Shown here: in pieces, positions 38,701 through 56,434 of the stretch | How the letters are laid out: every line of letters starts with the position of its first letter | How positions within the stretch are numbered: the first letter of the stretch is position 1 | Assembly: GCF_036365525.1 (NCBI RefSeq) | Contig: NC_090407.1 | Span: 22,348,084 to 22,412,083, forward strand | DNA: 64,000 nt | Source of the DNA: Heterodontus francisci | Taxonomy: Eukaryota | Direction of reading: 5' to 3' | Made by a program: the position numbers and the translations under genes | Notes under the pieces: model-generated | The model's input: the letters and a program-made list of their open reading frames with translations, nothing else | The model's database searches: none | Told to the model about the DNA's origin: nothing

Positions 38701-41700
38701 ATGTTCGGTTATTAGGTCAATTATCTCTGCTTTTTTGGCACCTGATTTCAATTCTAACCCCAAATTTGCTGCCAGTTCTTTTAATTTGTTCTTAGTTAAA
38801 GTTATCAAGTCACTCAGGGAAACATTCTGCTGTCCCAAAAACTCTGCTGCAACCACAAATGCCAATACAATGGTATAGACTGTAACTTATATACAAGAGA
38901 CCTGGTTCTTTTAATTTCTTTGTAATTGGTGTTGGATTTAGATCCCAACAATAGAGTTTCCAATTGACCCCAACTTAAGTGTATCCCAGAGACGAGTAAT
39001 TAATATTATCCCAAATGCGAACCGTCCAATTTTTTTAAAAATTCATTCATGGGATGTGGGCGTCGCTGGCCAGACCAGCATTTATTGCCCATTCCTAATT
39101 GCCCTTGAGAAGGTGGTGGTGAGCTGCCTTCTTGAACCGCTGCCGTCTTTGTGGGGTAGGTACACCCACAGTGCTGTTAGGAAGGGAGTTCCAGGATTTT
39201 GACCCCGCGACAGTGAAGGAACGGCGATATAGTTCCAAGTCAGGATGGTGTGTGGCTTGGAGGGGAACTTGCAGCTGGTGGTGTTCCCATGTATTTGCTG
39301 CCCTTGTCCTTCTAGTTGGTAGAGATCGCAGGTTTGGAAGGTGCTGTCGAAGGAGCCTTGGTGCATTGCTGCAGTGCATCTTGTAGATGGTACACACTGC
39401 TGCCACTGTGCGTTGGTGGTGGAGGGAGTGGATGTTTGTAGATGGGGTGCCAATCAAGCGGGCTGCTTTGTCCTGGATGGTGTCGAGCTTCTTGAGTGTT
39501 GTTGGAGCTGCACCCATCCAGGCAAGTGGAGAGTATTCCATCACACTCCTGACTTGTGCCTTGTAGATGGTGGACAGGCTTTGGGGAGTCAGGAGGTGAG
39601 TTACTCGCCTCAGGATTCATAGCCTCTGACCTGCTCTTGTAGTCACGGTATTTATATGGCTACTGCAGTTCAGTTTCTGGTCAATGGTAACCCCCAGATG
39701 TTGATAGTGGGGGATTCAGCGATGGTAATGTTGTTGAATGTCAAGGGGAGATGGTTAGATTCTCTCTTGTTTGAGATGGTCATTGCCTGGCACTTGTGTG
39801 GCGTGAATGTAACTTGCTACTTATCAGCCCAAGCCTGGATATTGTCCAGGTCTTGCTGCATTTCGACATGGACCGCTTCAGTATCTGAGGAGTCACGAAT
39901 GGTGCTGAACATTGTGCAATCATCAGCGAACATCCTCATTTCTGACCTTATAATTGAAGGAAGATCATTGATGAAGCAGCTGAAGATGGTTGGGCCGAGG
40001 ACACTACCCTGAGGAACTCCTGCTGTGATGTCCTGGAGCTCAGATGATTGACCTCCAACAACCACAACCACCTTCCTTTCTGCTAGGTATGACTCCAGCC
40101 AGCGGAGGGTTTTCCCCCTATTCCCAATGACCTCAGTTTTGCTAGGGCTCCTTGATGCCATACTCGGTCAAATGCTGCCTTGATGTCAAATTAGTCTGAT
40201 TCAATCCCAGACGCGAGCCACCTAATTAATATGTTACGACTGACCGCTCAAGTCAAAGCCCCCAATCAAAATATACGATTCTGATTGCAGTGGGAGCAAC
40301 GCACTGTCAAATCAGTCCTGCCACTCCACAGATCGCCTAACATATCACTTTAAACTTTCCAAATTAAAGAAAACCACAGCCAAATTGACCATCTATTAAT
40401 TCTCAACTGAGGCCAACCAAACCAGGTGTCTTTAGATCGACAAATGAACTGTTTAATTAGAAAAACTAAATTCTTAAACCCTACTAAGATTTAAACATTT
40501 AAAATAGAAAAAAATAAGTGTCCTTGCAGATTTACGCTCCTGCCAAAGTGGAGTCTTCCAATGTGGAACAGTCCAAGGTTGCTTGAAGTCCTCACAGCCA
40601 TCCAGTGGGGAGAAAAAGGTTCATCAACAGTAGGACAGTCAGTTGTCTATTTCAGCAGTTGAAGTGATGCTCCTCTTCTTCCAGCGTTCAGTAGTTAAAG
40701 TAATTGGTTATTTTCTTTTAAGAAATTAATCTGGCTTGACGTTTCAGAATTTTGAGAGTATAAAAATAAGGTTTAAATAAACTGAGGGAGAGCTCTCTTT
40801 TCTTCAGTATATGCTGGCCGAACAGCTGTTTGTCTGTTTGTGTCAAAAGACAGTTTTTAGCTAATTTCAAACAGTTAATTGCAACATTGTATATCTCGAT
40901 CCTCAGTCTATGAATGGCTGTTGCATTGATTGAATCTGGTTGATTCCTTCTCCGTATGGTTATATCCAACGGCAACCAAAATGCTGCATCTTAGTAATTC
41001 CTGAGGCCTGCTTGTTCTCAAAGCAGCACTGATCCCTCCCACAGCCCCAAAGGCACATCGCAGACTCCAAAAAAAAAGTAGGATCATAACAAACCATACC
41101 CATGTCTTCCACCTCCACAAACAGATTACACTTATGGTCCCTAATAGGCTGTAATCTTTCTTTAATTATCGTTCTGCTCTTCATGTATTTATAAAAAATC
41201 TTTGGGTTTTCCTTGATATTCCTTGCCAATATTTTTTCAGGTCCTCTCTTTGCTTTCCTAATTTCATTTTTAATTTTGCCCCTACGCTTTTTATAATCTT
41301 AGGTTTTCTGCAGTATCTGTCATAAGTTTCCCTTTTTTTCTTTATTCTCTCCTTTAAGTCCCTTGACATCCAGGGGGCTCTGGATTTGTTAGTCCCACCC
41401 TTTCTCTTTAAATGCTCTGAATGCTCACTATCTCTTTCTTGAATGCCTCCCACTGATCTGGCACTGATTTACCTTCAGGTAGCTGTTTCCAGTCCACTTT
41501 AGCTAAATCACATCTCTGGTTAATAAAATTAGCTTTTCCCCAGTTGAGAACTTTAATTTCTGCTCTATCTTTGTCTTTTTCCATAACTATCCTAAACCTA
41601 ACTGAATTATGAATACTTTCACCAAACTGTTCCCCAACTGATACCCACTTGCACCTGTCCAGCTTCATTCCCTAAAACTAAGTCCAGAGCTGCCCCCTCT

Positions 41701-44700
41701 CTTGTTGGATTTGCTAAATACTGGCTAAAAAAGTTCTTCTGAATGCATTTCAAGAATTCTGCTCCCTCTGTGCCTTTCACACTAATCCTATCCCAGTTTT
41801 TTTTTACTCGATCATAGGATGTGGGCGTCACTTGCTAGGCCAGTATTTATTGCCCATCCCTAATTGCTCTTGAGAAGGTGGTGGTGAACTGCCTTCTTGA
41901 ACCGCTGCAGTCTTTGTGGGGTAGGTACACCAACAGTGCTGTTAGGAAGGGAGTTCCAGGATTTTAGACCGAGCAACAGTGAAGGAACGGCGTTATAGTT
42001 CCTAGTCAGGATGTTGTGTGGCTTGGAGTGGAGCTTGCAGGTGGTAGTGTTCCCATACATCTGCTGCCCATGTCCTTCTAGGTGGCAGATGTTGTGGGTT
42101 TGGAAGGTGCTTGGAAGGAGACTTGGTGCATTGCTGCAGTGCATCTTGTAAATGGTACACACTGCTGCCACTGTGCGTCGGTGGTGGATGGAGTGAATGT
42201 TTGTAGATGGAGTGCCAATCAAGCTGGCTGCTTTGTCCTCGATGGTGTCAAGCTTCTTGAGTGTTGTTGGAGCTGCACCCATCCAAGCAAGTGGAGAATA
42301 TTCCATCACACTTCTAACTTGTGCCTTGCAGATGGTGGACAGACTTTGGGGAGTCAGGAGGTGTGTTACTCACCACAGGATTCCTAGCCTCTGACCTGCT
42401 CTTGTAGCCACGGTATTTATATAGCTACTCCAGATCAGTTTCTGGTCAATGTTGATAGTGGGGGATTCAGTGATCATAATGCCATTGAATGTCAAGGGGA
42501 GATGGTTAGATTCTCTCTTGTTTGAGATGGTCATTGCCTGGCACTTGTGTGGTGCGAGCGTTACTTGCCACTTATCAACCCAAGCCTGGATATTGTCCAA
42601 GTGTTGCTGCATTTCTACAGGGACTGCTTCAGTATCTGAGGAATCACGAATGGTGCTTAACATTGTGCAGTCATCAGTGAACATCCCCGCTGCTGACCTT
42701 ATGACTGAAGTTAATATTAGGGTAGTTGAATTCCCCCACTATTACTGTCCTATTTGTGGACTTCTCAGAGATTTTCCTTCATAGACTGTTTGGGGGTCTA
42801 TAGTACACTCTCAGTAGTGTGATTGCCCTTTTTCTGTTCTTCAGTTCAACCCATATGGCCTCATTTGATGATTCTTCTACCATATCATCCCTTGTCACAG
42901 CTATAATTGTTTCTTTAGGCAATAATATGACCACCCCTTCCTTTTTGTTCCCCTTCTATCATCTAAAAACTCTGTAACCAGGAATGTTGAGGTGCCATTC
43001 CTGCTCTTCTTTCAGCCATGTCTCAATAATAGCTACAATTTAATACTCCCACATGTCAGTCTGTGCTCTCAGCTCATCTGCCTTATTCCCTTGACTTCTT
43101 GCATTGAAGTATATACCATTTAGCACTGCCAAACTCCCTTGTCTGTTTTCTAGCCTTTCTTTCTTCAGCCTTCCAAACATGCTTACTAATTTTCAGCTTT
43201 CCATTTCCAACTTTTCTTTTCTCCCTTCTGAATCTACTCTTAGGTTCCCATCCCCCTGCCAAGCTAGTTTAAACCCTCCCCAACAGCATGAGCAAAAGCC
43301 CCTGTGAGGATATTGGTCCCGGCCTTGTTGAGGTGCACCCTGTCTGGCTTGTACAGGTTCCACCTCCCTCAGAAGCAGTCCCAAAGCCTTCCCTCTTGCA
43401 CTATCACTCCAGCCACATATTCATCAGCTCTATCTTCCTATTTCTGTACTCACCTGCACATAGTACCGGGAGTAATCCAGAGATTACTACCTTTTTGAGG
43501 TCTTGCTTTTCAGTCTCCTAGCTCCCTAAGCTCCCTGCAAGACTTCATCCCTCTTCCTGCCTATGTAATTGGTGTCAATATGGATCATGACCTTCAGCTG
43601 TTCACCTTCCTGTCAATGTCCTGTAGCCGCTCAGTGACGTCCGTCACCCTGGCACCAGCAAGGCAAGATACCATCCTGAAGTCATGTCTGCGGCCGCGGA
43701 AGAGCATGACTGTTCACCTCACAGTGTAATTCCCCAACCACTATTGCTCTTCCACTCTTCTTCCTTCACCTCCCCCCTCCCCACAGCTAAGTCACTCATG
43801 GTGCCATGGACTTGGTTCTGCCTGCACTCCCCAGTTGGAGAGTGAGTTGCACTCTGGGGACTCGTGCACTACCTACCTGACAGTTACCCCTTCCTTCTCT
43901 GCCTGCACTCTTTTAAGCTGTGGGATGACCACATCCAAAAATATGCTATCCATGAAACTCAGCCTCGTGGTTGCACCATAGTGACTCCAGCCGCCACGGT
44001 ATTAAACTCTCATTAAGTCATGGATGAGTTAGAATTTCTAGAAGTTGAGCATTGGGAAGACCAGAGCCACCACCCTCCTGCCCTTGCATAAACTCTGCTC
44101 CATTCCCAACCAGCCACTTGCTCAGATCAAATCAGACCATGCAAAACGTCAGTGTCCTGAGTTTCAAACCCCAATTTCTATCCATCACCAATTTGGCTTG
44201 CTTCCAGCTCCATGACATTGAGTATAATTAGAGATGTTATATTTTTATCAAAATGCATCACCTTACATTTAGTGAAGTTGAATTCCATCTGCCATGTTTT
44301 AGACCATTCCCTCATCTTATCAATATCTCTTTGCAACTTCCTTTAAACTTATAAAGAATTAACTATTCCTTCTATTTTGGTATCATCTGCAAATTTTGAC
44401 ACTATTGTCTCTGTGTCTATATCCAAATTACAGTGAACAAAAGCAGACCCAGAACTGAAGCGTCTGGTACACAAGACTGTATGCTAAACACCAAAACAAC
44501 AGGTTATAGACAGCTGTGAGCTTTCCCAGTCATTGGATCAGAGGCATGTTCTGAAGCTTCACTACATCTAGTTGAGAATGGAGATGGTTATTCAGGCAAC
44601 TGTTTGTTTGGAGGAGGAAGCTTCATAAACATCCATATCCATCCATTGGAGCTCAGTATGAGTGCAAGAGATGAGATTGAAGTGTTTGCAAGTGTTTTCA

Positions 44701-46602
44701 GCTCATAGTGTCAAGTGAATAAACCCACTAAGCCTCCTCCTGAGGTCCCACCATCACAAATGCCAGTGCCCAGCCAATTTGGTTCATTCCAAGTGAAATG
44801 AAGAAGTGGTTGAGTACACTGGACACAGCAAAGGCTATGGGTTCTGATAATTCCTGGCTGTAATGCTGAAGACTTGAATACAGAACTAGCTGTCCCCAGG
44901 CAAGCTATTCCATTGCAGCAATAACAGACATCTACCCGACAATGTGGAAAATTCCCCAGATATGTCCTATCCAGAAAAAACAGGATAAATCTAATGCAAA
45001 CGATCACCGTCCAATCAGCCTCCTGACATTCACAGTAGAATGATGGAAGAAGTAATTAATAGTATTGTCAAACAATACCTACTACCAGTAACCTGCTCAC
45101 TAACATATACACCAGAGCCACTTGACTCCAGACCTCATCACAGACATTATTCAGATATTGACGCAGGAGCTGAATGTCAGTGAAGAGTTGATTAATTGCA
45201 CTCAACATCAAGGTCAAGAGTGGGGATGTTTGCTGTCAGTTCCACAGTAATCAGGTCTAATCAACTCTTTCAATACTGGAGCAGTCCACATAGGTCTGTT
45301 GTAGGACCTGGATAACATCCAGGTTTGGACTGACAAGTGGTAGGTAATGTTTATACCACATAAGTATTGGGAAGTGTCCATCTCGAACAAGAGAAAGTCC
45401 AATTATCTCCTTTGACCTGTGTTGTCACCATAGCTAAGTTAGCATTAACAACATTGACCATAAGCATAACTGAATTGGCCATATCATCACTGTCGCCAGG
45501 GAAGAGCCTAGATACTCTATGATGAGTGGCTCATCTCCTGACCCCTCCAAGCTTCTCCACATTCCACAAGGGTCAACTAAGGATTGTGATGGAATTTTTC
45601 CCATTCACTTGGATCGGGTTGATGCAACAACTCTCAAGTAACACCATCCAGTACAAAACATGGTGCCTTTTGCCATTGAATCCAAAATCAACTTCTCTAT
45701 CATCAGTGGTAAGCTTGTTTCAACAGGAACTCCCAGCCCCATGCCCTATCACTGAAAGGCAAAAAAGCAGCAACATCATGTGGAACAGTGCCACCTGTAA
45801 ATTCCCCTCAAGTCACACGCTACCCTGACTTGGACATACAGCACCATTCCCATATTGTCACTGGATCAATATCCTGGAGTTTGCTATTGAGCACCGTTCT
45901 GGGAACAGCATCACAGTAGGGACTGCAGCGATTCAAGGATCTTGGGGCAACTATGGATAAGCAATAAATTTCCCAAACCTGAGAACAAATACTCAATAAA
46001 CAATTAATGTTGTTTCAGATTCACTGTTTATTTGTTCCTTGTGTAGGACTTCCCGTGGATCCATGCTGATGAACAGGAAGTGAACATGCGAGAGCCAAGG
46101 CTAATCCCGCTGAAAACTATGACATCAGATATCTTGAAGGTAACACTTTAACTCTGGCAGGGGGTGTCTTATGTTCTATTTGTGGTTCATGTGACAGTAG
46201 CTCACTTATATTATGATTGTAACTCATCAGGTGTTTATGAAAAGTTTTCTTGACCAGAAGAATGCATTAGGTGGTAACTTTGAGTGGCAGGTGAGGCCAT
46301 TTGTTGGAAAATACCGCAACTTGGATCATGTACTCTAGTTTGTTTTCTTTGAACTTTCTGAACCCATTTGATGCCAAATGCATGGGACTGTAGAATTAAT
46401 CCAGTGGTTTATTGTGACTGCTGCTTCCTGGATTATATCTGAAGGAAATTATAACAGTGATTCCTGTAAATGGATTTATTGAGCACTGCTGCAGTATGTG
46501 CAGTACTTACTGTTATATTAGGACTTGCTCTTGATTCGTGTTTTTTATATTCTTTTATAGATGCAGTTGTATGTTGAGGAGAGAGCTCAGAAAACATTCT
46601 GA
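23736..46602 (+). CDS. MAD2L2: MAD2L2/REV7 HORMA protein, complete gene: join(23736..23775,26449..26567,26799..26870,27976..28076,31471..31565,33874..33947,46047..46139,46561..46602), 211 aa
   Basis: All introns GT-AG with consistent phases; 636 nt. Translation [28 protein letters not shown]…[13 protein letters not shown] is colinear with human REV7 (211 aa). Confidence 0.97.
23900..25790 (-). mobile_element. CR1 LINE fragment
   Basis: [15 protein letters not shown]…[23 protein letters not shown] and [15 protein letters not shown] ORFs. Confidence 0.88.
26030..26355 (-). mobile_element. HE1-type V-SINE
   Basis: Reverse-complement copy of 22438-22800. Confidence 0.85.
26449..26567 (+). CDS. 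MAD2L2: MAD2L2 coding exon 2 (VVADVLCEF…KYNVPVQ)
   Basis: ctccAG|TG … CAG|GTGAG; 119 nt. Confidence 0.96.
26799..26870 (+). CDS. MAD2L2: MAD2L2 coding exon 3 ([10 protein letters not shown]…PLIEK)
   Basis: tatAG|ATG … AAG|GTGAG; 72 nt. Confidence 0.96.
27976..28076 (+). CDS. MAD2L2: MAD2L2 coding exon 4 ([33 protein letters not shown])
   Basis: tttAG|AAT … CAG|GTGAG; 101 nt. Confidence 0.96.
28330..28730 (+). mobile_element. Penelope-like pseudo-LTR fragment with degenerate hammerhead motif
   Basis: GTT-CTGATGG-AAGGTCATCAACCC-GAAACATT-AACT at 28641-28676 plus the family tail. Confidence 0.6.
28745..30370 (-). mobile_element. Old CR1 fragment interrupted by HE1 SINE
   Basis: ANVTPLFKK…VVGKLLE and LGNSDHN remnants. 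Confidence 0.7.
29794..30140 (+). mobile_element. HE1-type V-SINE
   Basis: Same head, V-domain and tail as 22438-22800. Confidence 0.85.
31471..31565 (+). CDS. MAD2L2: MAD2L2 coding exon 5 ([31 protein letters not shown])
   Basis: ttgcAG|T … CAG|GTAAA; 95 nt. Confidence 0.95.
31887..33050 (-). mobile_element. CR1/L2-group LINE (second family), 5'-truncated
   Basis: [35 protein letters not shown]; A-rich 3' tail. Near-identical copies at 39030-40188 and 41800-42705. Confidence 0.85.
33874..33947 (+). CDS. MAD2L2: MAD2L2 coding exon 6 ([25 protein letters not shown])
   Basis: tctAG|GC … AAG|GTGAG; 74 nt. Confidence 0.96.
34100..35150 (+). mobile_element. L2 LINE fragment
   Basis: KLEVIQNAA…[23 protein letters not shown], typical L2 ORF2 C-terminus and 3' tail. 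Confidence 0.75.
36850..41091 (-). mobile_element. Gmr1-like Ty3/Gypsy LTR retrotransposon, 5' half (LTR, PBS, gag, protease)
   Basis: LTR 40232-41091 (TGTTATGA…TCGTAACA on minus); tRNA-Pro-like PBS at ~40198-40220. gag fragments: [18 protein letters not shown]…WPKENW…[13 protein letters not shown] and CCHC knuckle [14 protein letters not shown]. Protease ILRDTGA … LLLGNDLAG. Frameshifted and 3'-deleted. Confidence 0.85.
39030..40188 (-). mobile_element. CR1/L2-group LINE inserted in Gypsy leader
   Basis: [10 protein letters not shown]…FINDL…MFADDC; [13 protein letters not shown]; same family as 31887-33050. Confidence 0.85.
41800..42705 (-). mobile_element. CR1/L2-group LINE inserted in CR1
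   Basis: Same family; [20 protein letters not shown]; T-run (poly-A tail) at ~41797-41805. Confidence 0.85.
44580..45970 (+). mobile_element. Old degenerate copy of the CR1/L2-group LINE family
   Basis: Diverged matches to the family (…ggacctggataacatccagg…tgacaagtg…, …gggcaactatggataagcaataaat). Confidence 0.6.
46047..46139 (+). CDS. MAD2L2: MAD2L2 coding exon 7 ([31 protein letters not shown])
   Basis: tgtAG|GAC … AAG|GTAAC; 93 nt. Confidence 0.96.
46561..46602 (+). CDS. MAD2L2: MAD2L2 last coding exon ([13 protein letters not shown])
   Basis: tttatAG|ATG, TGA at 46600-46602. Confidence 0.95.
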   Translation: MQLYVEERAQKTF

Positions 46603-46923
46603 CTGCATGTAGGATCCTATGGCCACAATACTAAATGGAACAGAGATCCCAAGGCACAGAGCATGTTTCAGCCCTGAACTGAATTGTGGGGTATGAGAGA
46701 ACTTTCAAAACTCATGAAATGTGAAACAGTAACAGGGATCAAATCCTGACTTGGCACCTGTGGGTTTTAACCCTCTTGTACTGATAGTTTGTGGTTTGAT
46801 AATGTACATTGTGTTGTGCTGTATACCTTGAGGATGAGATTAAATTTGGTGTAAATTTATAGTTCTATGTCAGGATTTTGAAATAGTTGATCTCCTGCAT
46901 GATCAGACATTGCTTTTTAAGAT

Positions 46924-47115
46924 ACAAACAAGAAATGCTGGAAATACTCAGCAGGTCTGGCAGCATCTGTGGAGAGAAGCAGAGTTCACGTTTCAGGTCA
47001 CTGACCTGAAACGTTAATTCTGCTTCTCTGTCCACAGATGCTGCCAGACCTGCTGAGTATTTCCAGCATTTCTTGTTTTTATTTCAGATTTCCAGCATCT
47101 GCAGTATTTTGCTTT
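46924..47115. mobile_element. Fold-back (inverted) Penelope-like short insertion in MAD2L2 3' region
   Basis: Arms 46926-47000 and 47002-47078 are near-perfect reverse complements; 16-bp TSD CATTGCTTTTTAAGAT at 46908-46923 and 47116-47131. Confidence 0.88.
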
Positions 47116-47478
47116 CATTGCTTTTTAAGATGTGCTCAGTAGACTGTCTCTGAACAGACTGTACAGCAATGATATGACATTGTACAATGCACAAGGCTTC
47201 TAATCTAGAAACTGCAGCTGCCCCAGCAGTTATCTACCAGCTTCCATAATAAGGAATTAGTCAGCTGTATGATAGGTTAGGGCCTTCACAAGATAGGAGG
47301 GAGCAGACCTGTCTTATCTCACTGGAGACTGGTTGCAGTGTCCTAGAGAATGCTGAAGCCTTGGTTTGTATGGAAGAAATTGTGGTTGGGTGAAAGAATA
47401 TTTTATAAATTAAACATAGACATTTGTGTGAGGTATGTGTTTTTTCTTTGTATATCGTACTTTTTGTATTGTACTGAA

Positions 47479-47484
47479 AATAAA
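47479..47484 (+). terminator. MAD2L2: Probable MAD2L2 polyadenylation signal
   Basis: AATAAA preceded by several TGTA motifs and followed by T-rich sequence; a weaker ATTAAA lies at 46839-46844. Confidence 0.55.
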
Positions 47485-47769
47485 ATCTTTAAATATGAAC
47501 CGAACCAAACCAGTTGACAGGACATTTTGTGAAATCTGTTAACAACTTTTTTTTAACCTCATTGTAAAGTTCTTTTTCTCCTTTTCTTGGTGATGTAGGG
47601 AAACAGTCAAAGGTGCTTCATAGAAGCATAATCAGGCAAAACTAAATGCTTAATTGGAGGGGTGATCAAAAGCTTAGTCAAAGAAGTGGTTCTTAAGGAG
47701 AATCTTAAATGAGGATAGAAAGGCAGAGGGGTTGGGAGTGAGAATTTCATAGAATGGACCTTAAAAAAA

Positions 47770-48930
47770 GACTCTGATTTATCTTTGACTGCAAAGTGGA
47801 TGACCTCACATTTGTCCACATTGAACTCCATTTGCCATAGTATTACCCACTCACTTAATCTGTCTATGTCCCTTTGCAACTTCCTACTGCCATCTGGAGT
47901 ACTTACTGTCCCTACTAATTGGTGTCAACTGCAAACTTGAATATACAACTGCTTCATCCAAACGTGAATAAATATGGTGAAAAGTTGAGGCTCCATAACC
48001 GATCCCTAGACCGTGTCACATCTGACCAATCTGAGTACCTTTATTCCCAATATCTCCAAAAGGCTACCTCCAATTCTGTGCACTCTCAGTTTTGATCATT
48101 TCTTGTGTGGAACCTTAGTGAATACCTTCTGGAAGTCCATATCGATAACATCCAAAGACTCTCTTAACTTAACTTTGTGACCTCCTCAAAGCACTCAACA
48201 AGATTAGTTAGACCTGACTTGCCCTTAATAAATCCTTGTTTGCTCTCTGATCAGCTAATGTATGTTTAAGTACTCAGCCATTCTGTCCCTAATGACACAT
48301 TGCCCACAACTTACAAACTGAGGCCTATAAAAGTTACCTGGCTTCTCTCTCACTCAAATGATCTAGTGACATTAGCAAATTTCCAATCTAATGGCACATT
48401 TCCATATCAGGAGAGCTTTGAAAGATTATGATTAACGCTTCTGCAATTTCCTCACCTTTTACTCCCTGGAATGGAAACCATCATATCCTGGATATTTAGC
48501 TAATTTAAATTCATTTATTTTCTCCATTACCATGTTGTTACTTGTATTGAATCCAATATGTTTCTCCCCTTGATTTCTTAGTTTCCTTTTTATTATTGGC
48601 ATTTTATCTTCCTATTCTGAAAATAGATACAAATTGTGTTTAATGAATCTGCAATTACCTTTCTTGTCTATTACAATATTGCCTGTAACTGTCTTTAATA
48701 GACCCACATTGCCACACTCACTTAATATATTGATAAAAATTTTTGCTATTAGCCTTTATACTACTTGCACTTCATGTATTACTGTTTTGCAGCTCTTAAT
48801 TTTTTGTGTCCTGTTGTTGCTTTCTATATTTCTTCCAGGTTGCTGGTTGACCATTATTCTTGTGTCTTACCTCATATTGTCCATGGTTGCTTGACTGTAT
48901 ATATGGTACTTTTGTTTTTTAGGGGCATGT
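47770..48930 (-). mobile_element. Old CR1 fragment
   Basis: [11 protein letters not shown]…WQMEFNVDKCEVIHF remnant. Confidence 0.7.
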
Positions 48931-49549
48931 ATTAATCTTCATCTGCTTCACCAATGATCGTCCCCGTGCTTGCACACCTACACTGACTTTGGCAATACCT
49001 GGATTTTAAAATCTCATCCTGGTTTTCAAATCCCTCCAGGGCCTCGCCTCTCCCTACCTTTGTAACTTCCTCCAGCCCAACAACCCTCTCCGATCTCTGT
49101 GTTTCTCCAACTCTGACCTTTTGTGCATCCCCCATTTTAAATGTTTCACCATTAGCAACCACACTACCTAACCCCAAGCTCTGGAATCTCCTCTTCTATC
49201 TTTTAAGGCACTTCTTAAAACCTGTTTCTTCGATCAAGTTTTTCGTCACCTGTCTTGATACTTCAAGTGAGTTGGTGTCATATTTTGTTTGATAATGCTT
49301 CCAGGAAGCAACTAGGGACGTTCTACTATGTTAAAGATGCCATATGAAAGCAAATTGTTTTACCCTGTCATGGCAGAAGTCGGCCTGTTTGCTGCTGATT
49401 GCAGTGTTTAACTCCATTCACAATTGTTTGTTTGATGATCAATTCTAAGCTTGGAGAATGAGTGGCAAGTAACATTTTTGCCACACCAGTGACAGGCAAT
49501 GATTATCTGACAGCCGAATCCCCCCGTCCACTTGACATTCAATGGTATT

Positions 49550-49653
49550 ACGGTCACTGGGGCGGGGTTCGGCGACGCTCCCCGGAGTGGGCGGGGTTTG
49601 GACACGTTCCTCAATGGACCGTTAGTATTTGCACTCGGCCCGCCCCGGCTGCC
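49550..49653 (+). promoter_or_regulatory. AKR7A2: AKR7A CpG-rich promoter with GC boxes
   Basis: GGGGCGGGG (~49559), GGGCGGGG (~49589) and CCGCCCC (~49640) immediately upstream of gccATG. Confidence 0.6.

Positions 49654-56434
<6,781 letters not shown>

Larger units (their letters stand above)
35355..43990 (-). mobile_element. Long CR1 LINE split by nested insertions (segments ~35355-36850, 41092-41795, 42706-43990)
   Basis: RT/3' end at 35355-36850, ORF2 middle at 41092-41795, APE and ORF1 remnants ([11 protein letters not shown]) at 42706-43990, in colinear minus-strand order. Confidence 0.7.

Noticed and set aside
37195-38865. Domesticated gag/SCAN gene
   Set aside because: Multiple frameshifts and stops, with LTR and PBS still attached and 3' deletion; consistent with a decaying element.
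49462-49653. N-terminal extension of the AKR7A ORF from GTG 49462
   Set aside because: It runs through a LINE fragment and the GC-box promoter; the real start is most likely ATG 49654 or 49717.
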